Assembly: GCA_946965045.2 (NCBI GenBank)
Contig: OX337229.1
Span: 5,580,001-5,644,000, forward strand
Direction of reading: 5' to 3'
Length of the DNA stretch: 64,000 nt
DNA from: Epithemia pelagica
Lineage: Eukaryota; Protista; Bacillariophyta
Positions 44,020-54,589 of this stretch are shown here, piece after piece. The notes beneath the pieces were generated by a model. That model had not been told where the DNA came from. It made no database searches and saw nothing but the letters and a program-made list of their open reading frames with translations. Made by a program: the position numbers and the translations under genes. The stretch's first letter is position 1, and each line of letters starts with the position of its first letter.

Positions 44020-45716
44020 ATGAGGATCCAGGAACAAGCGCTGAAATCCGGATTGGTCTTTGACGACTGCGACGACCATCAAGAACCACAATGGCAATCC
44101 TCCAATTGGCCCCGACTTTTGGGAGGTTGGCGTTGGGGCCACTCGTCAGTTGTTGTGAAGCATCCGGATAAGAACGACGAGGAGATTGTGGTGGTAATGG
44201 GTGGAGAGACAGCCGAGGAGGAGGCGTGCAATTCGGTTCTGCTTTTGAATGTGAACGAAACTGACAAAAAGTGGCGAGAGGGACCACGCCTTAACGAAAA
44301 AAGGTATTGCTCTGCCAGTGTGGTTTGCAATGGCACTGTTTTTGTCATTGGTGGAAACAATGGCGACGACGACCTAGACACTGTTGAAGCAATTGAAGTT
44401 GGAGATTTACTTCTTGCACCAGGTGCAGACAGTACTATGAATCGATGGAAGACTTTGGATTGCCGTTTGTCTGCAAAACGATCAGGGTGTGCCGCTGCTG
44501 CTGTACATGACAGATTCATTGTTGTGGTTGGCGGACATGGCTCATCATTCTCATCTGTCGACATCATTGACACAGCATCCAAAAGTCAATATGCTGTCGT
44601 CTCTGGGCCGCCGTTGAACAAAGGTCGATATAACTTTGGAATGGCTGTGATTGGCCAGCGAATCTATGTTGTTGGTGGGAAACTGACCAGAGAAAAGTTA
44701 CCTGTTGAATACTTGGAGTTTGAGGGCTGTTCAAACCATGCAGATGTAACTGTAACATCAGTTTTTCCATCGACCAAGTCCTGGAAGATACAAGAGGACC
44801 TTGCTCTTGACGCTGATCGATTTCAACATTGTGTGGTCAAGGTGGGATCCTGTCTCATTGTTGCAGGAGGGTGGAGTAGAGACGATGAAGAAGTATTATC
44901 CGTTGAAGTTATGGACACTGAACAACATGTCATGTGGAAGCTTCCATCTACGACGACAAAACGGAGCCTTAGTAGCATGATTGCCATTTCAAATGGAATT
45001 CTAGCAATTAGTGGTGATACAGAAGATTCTTGCGACTATCTTGCGTTGACGGAGAAGAAAACAGAAACCAAGGTTCGTTTTGCTGCATCTTGTAAGTGTT
45101 TTTGGGACAAATGATGTTTCGTGTCTCACAATTGCCTGCGTCCTTTTTTCAGGAATCGTGCTCCTCTCAAATGCAGTTTGAGAAACTTGACGTTGTTATA
45201 GAACGCGAAAGCAACAATGTCGATAAGGAGCATGTATTGCGAGAAGCTCCCAAAGCCAAAGAGCCGCATCAGATGAAACAATCTTTGTTGACGAATGGTA
45301 CACAGTCTAGTGTCCGGAAACGGTCGATTGATCCTGGATTGGAAGTGGAGACCAGCAACAAGAAATCCTGCGATGCCGCCACTCTGTCTGCAAGCTCACG
45401 TGAGTCTCTATCCCATGACAGTTCCAACAAGAAGGAGGAAAAAGTTGTGCCACTTTTGAATCGTGTCGATCACATTGAGAAGTGGAAAGCTGGTGCCATG
45501 AGTTCTTTAGAGAAACTGTTTGAGGAGAACAAGAAGCTGATTGAGGAGAACAAGAAAGTGGTTGAGGAGAACAAGAGGCTAGTCGAGGAGAACAAGAGGC
45601 TGGCCGAGGACAATAAGAGGCAGATTGAAACGGACAAGAAGTTTGTTGAGACAAACAAGCGGCTGGAAAACCGAGTACTTAAGTTGGAACAACTGATTGT
45701 GGGGGACGAGGAGTAG
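44020..45716 (+). CDS. Kelch-repeat + heptad coiled-coil protein, copy 2 (intact); join(44020..45072,45153..45716), 538 aa
   Basis: Uninterrupted; intron GTTCGT...TTTCAG at the same position as in the paralogues. Confidence 0.9.
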
Positions 45717-46831
45717 AGCGCTGCTTGTTTATAATTCATGTTGGCAATGAAGAGATCAAATGTTCTTGATAGTCTCAGTACTCCTCAAACAAAACCGAAA
45801 GTTAAATACGATATTTCTGTTTTCGAGTCTCGTTGGAATCAACAGTTGGCCTTTTGTTGGTGCAACTCTCGGCCATCGAGTTGACTTTTTCCCCCATTTT
45901 GTCGAGTCTTTATTCTAGTTGTGCAGGGTCATGATGACAGCATCTTTCGGTCGTTCCAATCGTGGATCGTACAAACTGTGCTTGTCACAATCCACACAGA
46001 AGCAGACAGTGTGCCTCTGCCTCCTGCGCTGCTACTTCGGTCGGCAGTGGAGGGTTTTTTTCCGATCCCTCACGATGAATCCATACCCCGTAGATTTCGA
46101 ACACATATTTCTGAACTATGTGGGTCGGGAAATCGACCGAATGCCACGCCTTGCGATTGCCCATGCATGCGATTTGGCCTGGAGACTTTTGGTGCAGCAA
46201 CGCCATTGTGTAGACGGTTTCGTACTACCACTTCCGTGGGTCCTGATACATCAGCCTGCCCTCTAGCTAGTAGCTGGTTTGCTCTTGTATCTCTCCTTCC
46301 CAGTCGTTCACTTGGTAGCTGTTGGTTGTCGACAGACTTTGTTTTCTAGACTCAATCGATTGGTCCATCCAACAAACAAAAATGTCCCGATTCCCGATGG
46401 ATTAGGGCTTTATTCGCAGTTTTCAAGTACGAGTAATGTAACATGAATCCAACGGATTACAAAAGCCTTGTCCCAATCCTAGGACATCTCATATTTTGAT
46501 CTGAAGTCGATGCGCCTTCGATATTTGCAATTGCCAATAATCGTAGATTCGTACTCGTAGACAACACAGTGTCCTATTTGTTGCTCCGCATACTTCTTCT
46601 CGATTCTCTTGGCTTTCGCCTTCTGTCCACGAATGTAAGTCTTTTTCTTGGCTATAATCATTCCTTGTAGCCTTTTGTGTGAAGTCGACGAAGTAGGATA
46701 GGAGCGTTGTGTGTTTTCTTCCGATGCCGCTGCGGAGAAGATGCTGAAATGGGTAGAGCCATCGAGGTCTATCTATGTTGCCGATCTATAAAACACTTTC
46801 ATCCTCTTCTTCTACATCCTGCTCTTCCTCA

Positions 46832-47911
46832 TCAAAGATCAATGGCTGGCGCAGGCATGAGCTTTTTCCCAACGATGGATGAAAAGTTGATAGCAGCTTT
46901 GGCCGCCAGCAAGAACGGATCAGGAAGACAGGAAGTACTACGGTCAAAGGTGCCTTTGGCCACCCGGATGGCTTCCCAGTCTATGCTATCTTGCAAAACT
47001 GGAAGCGGGAAAAAGGGGGCGTCGAGTGCTCTCAAATATCCAACAAGACGTATCCAGCGAACTGCAGAAGCGTCTTTAGTTTCCCCAACAGCTGCGCCAA
47101 AATCTTCCAGCACATCGTTGTCTTTGTCCAGTAGCGACTCAGCAATATCCTTGACAAATGCATTGAGCAACGCAATACCCTTTTCGACCTGCGCTTGTGA
47201 GCAGATGTTGCGCACGTGAAGGAGTGTCATGCGTGCCGCATAGCGCGATCGCGGGCCACAGGGTATCGCCATTGCCTCGTAGGAGGTTAAGCCGTCCCAA
47301 AGCTGTATCTCTTGTACCGAAAGTATCGGGATGATAATGAGGGCAGGAGGGGTACTGTCGAGGAGCTGCTTCTGCAAAAATAGGTGAAACTTGTTGTACT
47401 TGCTGTGCTTGAGTCCGGAATCGTCCATTCTTCTTGTCCGACCTTTCATCCCATTCAAAAGTTTTCTTCGCTTAAAATAATCATCCTCGAACATGCCACT
47501 GGCCGCTTGCACTAGCTGAAAATAAGCAGCATGACAAATGGGTGCGTTGGAAAATAAATGGGCCCGTTCTCCTTCTTGGTTGAGCAAAAAATCGACTGTG
47601 CTTGTCCTTTGGTTTGTATTAGTACTGTCCGATTTCAAGCTACTGGCTTCGTCGCAGGTTTCTAGAAGTTCTGAGTCTACCGTATTGGGGTAAATTTGTT
47701 TCCCTCTTTCTTGGTCTCTTCGAATGACGAGAAAGTTTGAAGCCTCGATGGAGAAGTCCCTGTCCATAACGACGAAGGTTTCGAGAGGGCTGAAAAAAAG
47801 TCCATCCATTCTCGCGTCTATCTCCTCTCTCGAAAGCGACCTTCGAAACAAAGCGTTGGCTTCTTCGGTTTGAGTACGATACGCGAGAGCCGTTCTTCCG
47901 GTAGTATCCAT
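46832..47911 (-). CDS. Hypothetical protein, possible HNH-fold nuclease
   Basis: First ATG at 47911; ERAHLFSN...KHSKYNKFHLFLQKQLLDSTPPALIIIP resembles the HNH_2 pattern AH...N.l.L...H..FD...i.P. Confidence 0.55.
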   Translation of the reverse strand: MDTTGRTALAYRTQTEEANALFRRSLSREEIDARMDGLFFSPLETFVVMDRDFSIEASNFLVIRRDQERGKQIYPNTVDSELLETCDEASSLKSDSTNTNQRTSTVDFLLNQEGERAHLFSNAPICHAAYFQLVQAASGMFEDDYFKRRKLLNGMKGRTRRMDDSGLKHSKYNKFHLFLQKQLLDSTPPALIIIPILSVQEIQLWDGLTSYEAMAIPCGPRSRYAARMTLLHVRNICSQAQVEKGIALLNAFVKDIAESLLDKDNDVLEDFGAAVGETKDASAVRWIRLVGYLRALDAPFFPLPVLQDSIDWEAIRVAKGTFDRSTSCLPDPFLLAAKAAINFSSIVGKKLMPAPAIDL

Positions 47912-48719
47912 GCTCTTTGCTGCTTGTCGCCAAATGTGAATTTTTGGTTTGGTGTTTGGTGCATACGTCAAAAAAGGGGGAAAGTCTTACCCCCAAGCGC
48001 CGGGTGAGTTGTGAATCCCGCCTGACTCGTCAAAAATCCAGATACGAATGCCCTTTTTAAGTGCGACTCGAAATCAAGACGCGCTTGGGAGTAACGAAAG
48101 CCTATGATTTCGGCCGGCAACCGGCACCGTAAACCGTAACCGTGGGCCGGACCCGCGTATTGTATTGTCCCCCACGGCCACGGCCCTCCGACCATTTTTC
48201 TCCGGACCAATGCTCGCACAATGTGTGAAAAGTAGCTCATGCACACACAGTGGATTCTTGGTGCAGATGATGCATGATTTCCATTTTCCATTGGCAGTCT
48301 CCTTGTTCACTATTCACTATGTCAACACCTTAACGAGACGCGCGATCGAACGAAGAGCGAACTCCGACTTGTGGTGTATGTGCATCTTCCACGATCTTGA
48401 TTCTTCGCTCGTCGAAAATTGAGGGAAACGGATGGGTAATGGTTATGACAGAAACCATTCCCATTGGGGAGAGGACACCAAACTGGGCCACAGAATCAGC
48501 AGAGTGGACGAAATAGAACCGCAACGTTGATTTGCACAATGAAAATCCAGGAGCAAGCTCTCAAATCCGGATTGGTCCTTGACGACTGCGATGACCATAA
48601 AGAACCGCAATGGCAATCATCCAATTGGCCGCGTCTTTTGGGAGGTTGGCGTTGGGGCCACTCGTCAGTTGTTGTGAAGCATCCAGACAGGAACGACGAG
48701 GAGATTGTGGTGGTAATAG

Positions 48720-49199
48720 TGTTCGAATACGCAGAGTATCGCAGGCATGCGCGCATATCCGCGACCAAAAGATGAGGAGGACGAGCACACAACATGCACC
48801 AACTTCCTCACGAAATAGACGACGGAACTTGTCCATTACGGACAAGAACAACAGAACAACGATGCATCTTGGATTCCAGATGACGAGTCAAGCCGTGTAA
48901 CGGCTTTAAGTGACGCAACAAATAGAAGCAACCACAGGAGTAACCGCCGCTGCATAGGAGACCGGGATTCAATCTCCCTAATTGGCAGCCGTCGTTTAGG
49001 AGAGAAGCGACGATGCCAAGATCGACACAAGACAAGAATCGACGAACCCAACGCTCATCTCCATCCAACGCTCGCATCAACCCAACGGCCATTGGCAAGC
49101 AATGGCCAGATACCTTTAGCTAGAAACACACAATCTTAAAATTGCTTTATCCTACGGATTGAGCCCGTTTCCTCTGTCTACGATAGGCGGAAACTCACA
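48720..49199 (+). repeat. 5' LTR of Copia element 2 (480 bp)
   Basis: One difference seen versus the 3' LTR (T49143 vs C55013, at a CpG). Confidence 0.97.
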
Positions 49200-49213
49200 C
49201 GCTTCCTCTGCGC
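49200..49213 (+). promoter_or_regulatory. Candidate PBS complementary to the D-arm of initiator tRNA-Met
   Basis: CGCTTCCTCTGCGC; reverse complement GCGCAGAGGAAGCG versus eukaryotic tRNAi-Met GCGCAG(C/U)GGAAGCG. Confidence 0.65.
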
Positions 49214-49261
49214 TGTAAATAGCTACAGCTGTAATAGCTAAACGATTGTCATCCATCCACC

Positions 49262-50500
49262 ATGGCCGCCGCTTTCGCTCTCTCTCCCGCTCACGCCAAC
49301 GCCAACCAAGTCGTCAACTTCAACACGGCAGGCGGAGCAAAGTTCTACAAGCAAGCTATCCGCGGACTCTACGATGGTGGAGAGCTCTACGATCTCCATT
49401 CTATCGGTCTCAAGACTTTTCTCGACACCCTTCAAGATCGCATCGTGGAGCAAAACTGGACGACAACATTCTCGGTTCCAGAAGACGTCGCAAACCCTGG
49501 AGTCAACGTCCGTCTCCTAACAACCGACTACGGACGAGTAACCCTCACACAAGTTCGAGCCTACGTGGAACACTCCGATGGACAGAACAGGACGACGCAA
49601 AACTCTTACATGTCCTACCAATGTCTGATGGCATCCCTGAACGAAGATGCCAAGGCTCAAGTGAATGTGAGGCGTGACGATTTTATGGTTAATGGGCACG
49701 GATCCGGGCCACTACTCCTTAAGGTGATTATTTCTTTGGCGCACGTCGACACGGAAGCCACGGTGATGGTCTTGCGACAACGCCTGGCCGACCTTCACTT
49801 ATACATCATGGATATCAACGCCGACATCGCCAAGTTCAACTTTTACGTTGACGAGACACTCCAAGGTCTCAACGCGCACGGCGAACAAACTCTGGACCTC
49901 CTCCCTAACTTATTTAAGGCATACGAAAGTGTCAACGACGACAACTTTCTCGATTTCATTAAGCGAAAGAAGAACGCCTACGAGGAGGGAGACGCTCCGG
50001 GACTGACTCCACGTGCTCTCATGAACGCGGCACGTGTCAAATATCAGACGCTCGTGGAACAAAAGAAGTGGCAGGCGATCTCGGCTCGCGACCAGAAGCT
50101 GATCGCGCTCGAAGCGACCGTTAACAGACTCAAGGACGGAAACAAAAAGGCGACTGCGAGCAAGTCGGCAAAAGCGTCTGAAACAAAGAAGAAGGACGGG
50201 GTCGCGGACAAAGGATGGCTGACAATCGGACCCAAGCCAGGTCAACCCGAAGTTAAGGAACACAACGGAAAGACGTGGTACTGGTGCAAATGGCACGAGA
50301 AGTGGTCTACCAATAAGAACCACACGTCCGCTACGTGTAACGGAAAAGGACTGACCGGTGAAAAGAAGCGCCGTTATGACGAAGCACACGGGAATCAGGG
50401 TTCGAATACCTCTACGGACGAGACTAACCCAGGACTCCGTCTGGCTAGCGCCATAGCTAGCATCGCCACCGAGAATGAAGACGAATCGGACGAAGAATGA
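49262..50500 (+). CDS. Gag of Copia element 2
   Basis: 412 aa; C-terminal WYWCKWHEKWSTNKNHTSATC zinc-knuckle variant; ends at TGA 50498-50500. Confidence 0.9.
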   Translation: MAAAFALSPAHANANQVVNFNTAGGAKFYKQAIRGLYDGGELYDLHSIGLKTFLDTLQDRIVEQNWTTTFSVPEDVANPGVNVRLLTTDYGRVTLTQVRAYVEHSDGQNRTTQNSYMSYQCLMASLNEDAKAQVNVRRDDFMVNGHGSGPLLLKVIISLAHVDTEATVMVLRQRLADLHLYIMDINADIAKFNFYVDETLQGLNAHGEQTLDLLPNLFKAYESVNDDNFLDFIKRKKNAYEEGDAPGLTPRALMNAARVKYQTLVEQKKWQAISARDQKLIALEATVNRLKDGNKKATASKSAKASETKKKDGVADKGWLTIGPKPGQPEVKEHNGKTWYWCKWHEKWSTNKNHTSATCNGKGLTGEKKRRYDEAHGNQGSNTSTDETNPGLRLASAIASIATENEDESDEE

Positions 50501-50527
50501 CAACTAAACCCGGGATGGTTCCCCGGG
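50498..50527 (+). promoter_or_regulatory. Stop-codon readthrough signal TGA-CAA-CTA with GC hairpin 8 nt downstream
   Basis: Single in-frame stop between gag and pol; CARYYA context; stem CCCGGG 50509-50514 / CCCGGG 50522-50527. Confidence 0.8.
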
Positions 50528-53500
50528 CTGCAGCAATACTTCCAGCAGCTCGTACACAAGATCATAGTAACATGCACGTTATTCGGTTACTATATCTTGT
50601 GTATCGAGCTATTTGGACAGCCAACACAACGGCAACGACCTAGCAAGACTAGCTTGAATCACGTCCTTGACTGGACGAACAACATCTACGACTCAACGGC
50701 GACCACCATATCAGCCCTAATACGAGTGAAACGACGAAGACGACGAATCGACCATGGCAAATGCAGACGACGGCAACGGAACAAATACACGCATCTCCTA
50801 AGGACGCTCTGCATGGCCACGATCCTAACATCTACGACAGGACAAGTGGCGAATCGAGCGGCGCACGAGGTGGGATTTGATACCGACGCCAAGAGAATAC
50901 TCGTCGACAATTGTGCAACGGCATCCATAACCAACAACATTATGGATTGTGCAACGAAACCGATTCAAATCAAACGAAAGGTCAAAGGAATCGCCGGGTC
51001 ATATCAACCAGACATCTACGAGACAACGATTCGATGGGACATCGAAGACGACGACGGGAAGATCCATCAAATCACTCTCCCACGCTCATATTACATCCCA
51101 TCGACTCCAACCAGGCTCTTATCGCCACAACACTGGGCGCAGACGGCTCGAGACAACAAGCCACAACCCAGGGGAACGAGATGTGTCACATACGAAGACA
51201 CAATCGAGCTGATATGGGATCAAGGGAGGCACAAACGCACGATTCCAATCCAAGGACGCGGCTCCAACGTGGGCGAATTCTCCACCGCCGCAGGATACAA
51301 AGAATACGCAGCTTTCTGCGCAAGGGCAGGAACAACGATCGAACAAGAAGACAACTGTCCGCTCGAGGCAAACAACGCGACACTCATTGAAGACGACGAC
51401 GAATCGATACACGAACGATCATCGGCGGCGCAAGACGATGACGAGGAAGAGATTATCACAATCGACAATCTCGACGACGAAAAGAATGAGAGATATTTTC
51501 CAAGCCGCGACACACCGATGACTACCGAATTTCTCCTCGACATTAACTATGAGACATGTCACGTGATACCGAACGAGGAGGAAGCACTCCCTGAGAGTCC
51601 GACCCTCGAATTATTGCGAACACACCATAGAATGGGACATCTATCAATGAGTAAGATCCAAGCAATGGCACGACAGGGATTACTCCCTAAACGACTCGGC
51701 ACGTGCAAGATCCCAGTATGCACCGCGTGTCTCTATGGGAAAGCAACCCGGCGCCCATGGCGAGTGAAAGGGCACCAAGGCACGATGGACACGATGACAT
51801 CACCAGGACAATGTGTGTCCGTTGACCAGATGATCTCAAAAACGCCGGGCTACATTGCGCACCTTCGCGGGACTCCCACGCGCGACAGGTATCGAGTCGC
51901 GACTATATTCGTGGACCACTATTCAGGAGTCGGCTATGTCCATCTGCAACGATCTACCTCTGCTAAGGATACTATGGAAGCTAAGGAAAGATTCGAGGCA
52001 TGGGCCGACACACACGGGGTAGCTATACTTCACTACCACGCGGACAATGGGATTTTCGCCGACAACAAGTTCCGAGCCGCGGTCCAAGCAAAGAACCAAC
52101 GTTTGACTTTCAGTGGCGTCAACGCACACTTCCAAAGTGGCATGGCCGAACGACGTATTCGGGATCTACAAGAATCTGCGCGAACGATGCTGATCCATGC
52201 ACAACGACGATGGCCGACTGCAATAACGACGCATTTGTGGCCATACGCCGTGAGATATGCGAACGACATGTTCAATGAAGCGCCCATGCGAAAACACAAA
52301 GAGACGACTCCTATGGAACTGTTCTCCGGATCACGTGTCCGGTTCAACTTCCGATTGACACACACATTCGGATGCCCTAGTTATGTATTAGATAATGAAT
52401 TGCAGAGCGGAATGAGTATCCCGAAGTGGGCAGAACGAGCGAGGGTCGGAATCTTCCTTGGTTACTCACCACAGCACGCCAGGACTGTGGGACTCATCCT
52501 ATCCCTATCGTCCGGCTTAACATCCCCTCAGTTTCACGTACAATATGACGACCAATTTGAAACGATGAGGAAGAGTTTCGGGGAAACCCAACCAATTTCC
52601 CAATGGCAATACAAGGCAGGTTTCACAAGGACACGACCACACGTCAAAGAGTCGCGGCCAGAGACGTCACGCGGAAGCACAACGACGACGACACGAGAAG
52701 TGCAGCCTCAAAACGAGACGCACGAAGAACAAGAAACTAACTTAGAGGAAGAACCGGCACCTACCATGCACGACAATGAGGGAGCTAGACGTTCCTCCCG
52801 CACTCCCCGGCCGACACAGCGATATCAGGACTACATGATGACTCTGCAAGAAGACAACGATGTAATCGGGGAAGTAGCTATTACAGCTATGCCGACCACA
52901 ACTACGCCATCAATCACAGTCAAGACAGCCCAAGCTAACTCAAACAAACCAGATGTGATGTACTGGCATCAGGCAATGAGGGAGCCTGATCGAGAACAAT
53001 TCATCATAGCCGCGCAGAAAGAGGTCAACGATCATACTGCGAACGGTCTGTGGGAAGTAGTAAAACGGAAAGACGTCCCAAAAGGGGCGCTCATCTCTCG
53101 AGGGGTCTGGAGTTGCGTCAGGAAACGGCGCATTCAGACACAGGAGGTATACAAATGGAAGTCGAGACTCGCATATGACGGATCAACACAGACGAAGGGT
53201 CTCAACTATTGGGAGACCTACGCCCCCGTAATACAATGGCCTATTGTGCGATTCGTCCTTACTATGGCACTTACACAGGGCTGGCACATTAAACAAGTTG
53301 ATTACGTCCTTGCGTACACGCAAGCAGTCGCAGAGACTGATATGTACATGGAAGCGCCTCGCGGATTCACATTTGATACGCAGGGAAAACAAAAGTCAGA
53401 CGATTACGTACTCAAAATTAAACAAAATTACTACGGACAAAAGCAAGGAGCAAGAGTCTGGAACCGTCACTTGGTGGAACGCCTGGTGAAAGTCGGGTTC

Positions 53501-54562
53501 AAGCAAAGCGAACACGACGAGTGTCTGTTTTACCATGGCAATTGTGTATACGTCCTGTATACCGACGACTCCCTGTTAATGGGACCGGAACAAAAAGAAC
53601 TCGACCGGTTGATTGTTCGTATGGAAGAGAGTGGGCTCAAAATGACATACGAAGATGGAGTCGACGACTTTCTGGGGGTGAATATAGACCAGCAGGCGGA
53701 CGGGACAATCCACCTTACGCAACCGCATTTGATTGACGCAATCTTGCGCGACATCCACCTGGCGGATCCGGACACAAACACCAAAGACACACCAGCGGCG
53801 ACAACGGTGCGACTACGACAGGACAACGACGGGTTAGATTTTGACCACCACTTCCACTACCGCTCATTGATTGGGAAACTGAATTTCCTGGAAAAGAGTA
53901 CAAGACCGGACATCAGTTATGCAGTACACCAATGTGCACGATTTAGTGAGAGACCAAAGACAGCACACGCACGAGCAGTCAAACATATCGCACGTTACCT
54001 TGCCGGAACACGAGACAAGGGCATCGTCCTGAAACCAGACGTCTCCAGGTCTTTCGAAGTTTTTGCAGACGCAGATTTCGCTGGTAACTTCAACAAAATC
54101 GACAACTCAAATCGCGACCTTGCCAGATCCAGGACGGGTTTTGCCATCTTCTACGCCGGCTGCCCAATTACATGGCAATCGAAATTGCAGACGGAAATTG
54201 CCTTGTCGACCACCGAGGCCGAAATCATCAGCCTATCACATGCACTGCGGACAGTGATCCCTCTCATGGCAGTCACAAAGGAGATGAAAGAACTTGGGTT
54301 CCCTGTAATTTCAACAACACCACGAGTCAAATGTAAGGCTTTTGAGGACAACAGCGGGGCGGTCGAGCTAGCCACGATATACAAATACCGTCCACGTACC
54401 AGGTACCTGTGTACCAAATTGTTTCACTTCAAGGATTTTGTGGAACGAAAGGAAATTGAAATCCTCCCGTGTCAAACCGAAGATCAGACCGCTGATATCT
54501 TTACAAAATCTCTCGACCGGACAGCCTTCGAGCGACACAGGAAAACGCTACAGCAGTGGTAA
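50501..54562 (+). CDS. Pol of Copia element 2, in frame with gag
   Basis: Frame open from 50501; protease ILVDNCATAS; HHCC HHRMGH...CTAC; DDE VSVDQ / HADNG / MAERR; RT QVDYVLAY, YYGQKQ, LYTDD; RNase H FADADFAG, FEDNSG, ADIFTKSL. Confidence 0.95.
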   Translation, partial: QLNPGWFPGLQQYFQQLVHKIIVTCTLFGYYILCIELFGQPTQRQRPSKTSLNHVLDWTNNIYDSTATTISALIRVKRRRRRIDHGKCRRRQRNKYTHLLRTLCMATILTSTTGQVANRAAHEVGFDTDAKRILVDNCATASITNNIMDCATKPIQIKRKVKGIAGSYQPDIYETTIRWDIEDDDGKIHQITLPRSYYIPSTPTRLLSPQHWAQTARDNKPQPRGTRCVTYEDTIELIWDQGRHKRTIPIQGRGSNVGEFSTAAGYKEYAAFCARAGTTIEQEDNCPLEANNATLIEDDDESIHERSSAAQDDDEEEIITIDNLDDEKNERYFPSRDTPMTTEFLLDINYETCHVIPNEEEALPESPTLELLRTHHRMGHLSMSKIQAMARQGLLPKRLGTCKIPVCTACLYGKATRRPWRVKGHQGTMDTMTSPGQCVSVDQMISKTPGYIAHLRGTPTRDRYRVATIFVDHYSGVGYVHLQRSTSAKDTMEAKERFEAWADTHGVAILHYHADNGIFADNKFRAAVQAKNQRLTFSGVNAHFQSGMAERRIRDLQESARTMLIHAQRRWPTAITTHLWPYAVRYANDMFNEAPMRKHKETTPMELFSGSRVRFNFRLTHTFGCPSYVLDNELQSGMSIPKWAERARVGIFLGYSPQHARTVGLILSLSSGLTSPQFHVQYDDQFETMRKSFGETQPISQWQYKAGFTRTRPHVKESRPETSRGSTTTTTREVQPQNETHEEQETNLEEEPAPTMHDNEGARRSSRTPRPTQRYQDYMMTLQEDNDVIGEVAITAMPTTTTPSITVKTAQANSNKPDVMYWHQAMREPDREQFIIAAQKEVNDHTANGLWEVVKRKDVPKGALISRGVWSCVRKRRIQTQEVYKWKSRLAYDGSTQTKGLNYWETYAPVIQWPIVRFVLTMALTQGWHIKQVDYVLAYTQAVAETDMYMEAPRGFTFDTQGKQKSDDYVLKIKQNYYGQKQGARVWNRHLVERLVKVGFKQSEHDECLFYHGNCVYVLYTDDSLLMGPEQKELDRLIVRMEESGLKMTYEDGVDDFLGVNIDQQADGTIHLTQPHLIDAILRDIHLADPDTNTKDTPAATTVRLRQDNDGLDFDHHFHYRSLIGKLNFLEKSTRPDISYAVHQCARFSERPKTAHARAVKHIARYLAGTRDKGIVLKPDVSRSFEVFADADFAGNFNKIDNSNRDLARSRTGFAIFYAGCPITWQSKLQTEIALSTTEAEIISLSHALRTVIPLMAVTKEMKELGFPVISTTPRVKCKAFEDNSGAVELATIYKYRPRTRYLCTKLFHFKDFVERKEIEILPCQTEDQTADIFTKSLDRTAFERHRKTLQQW

Positions 54563-54589
54563 GATACATCTTATGTGCCCGTGAGGGAG

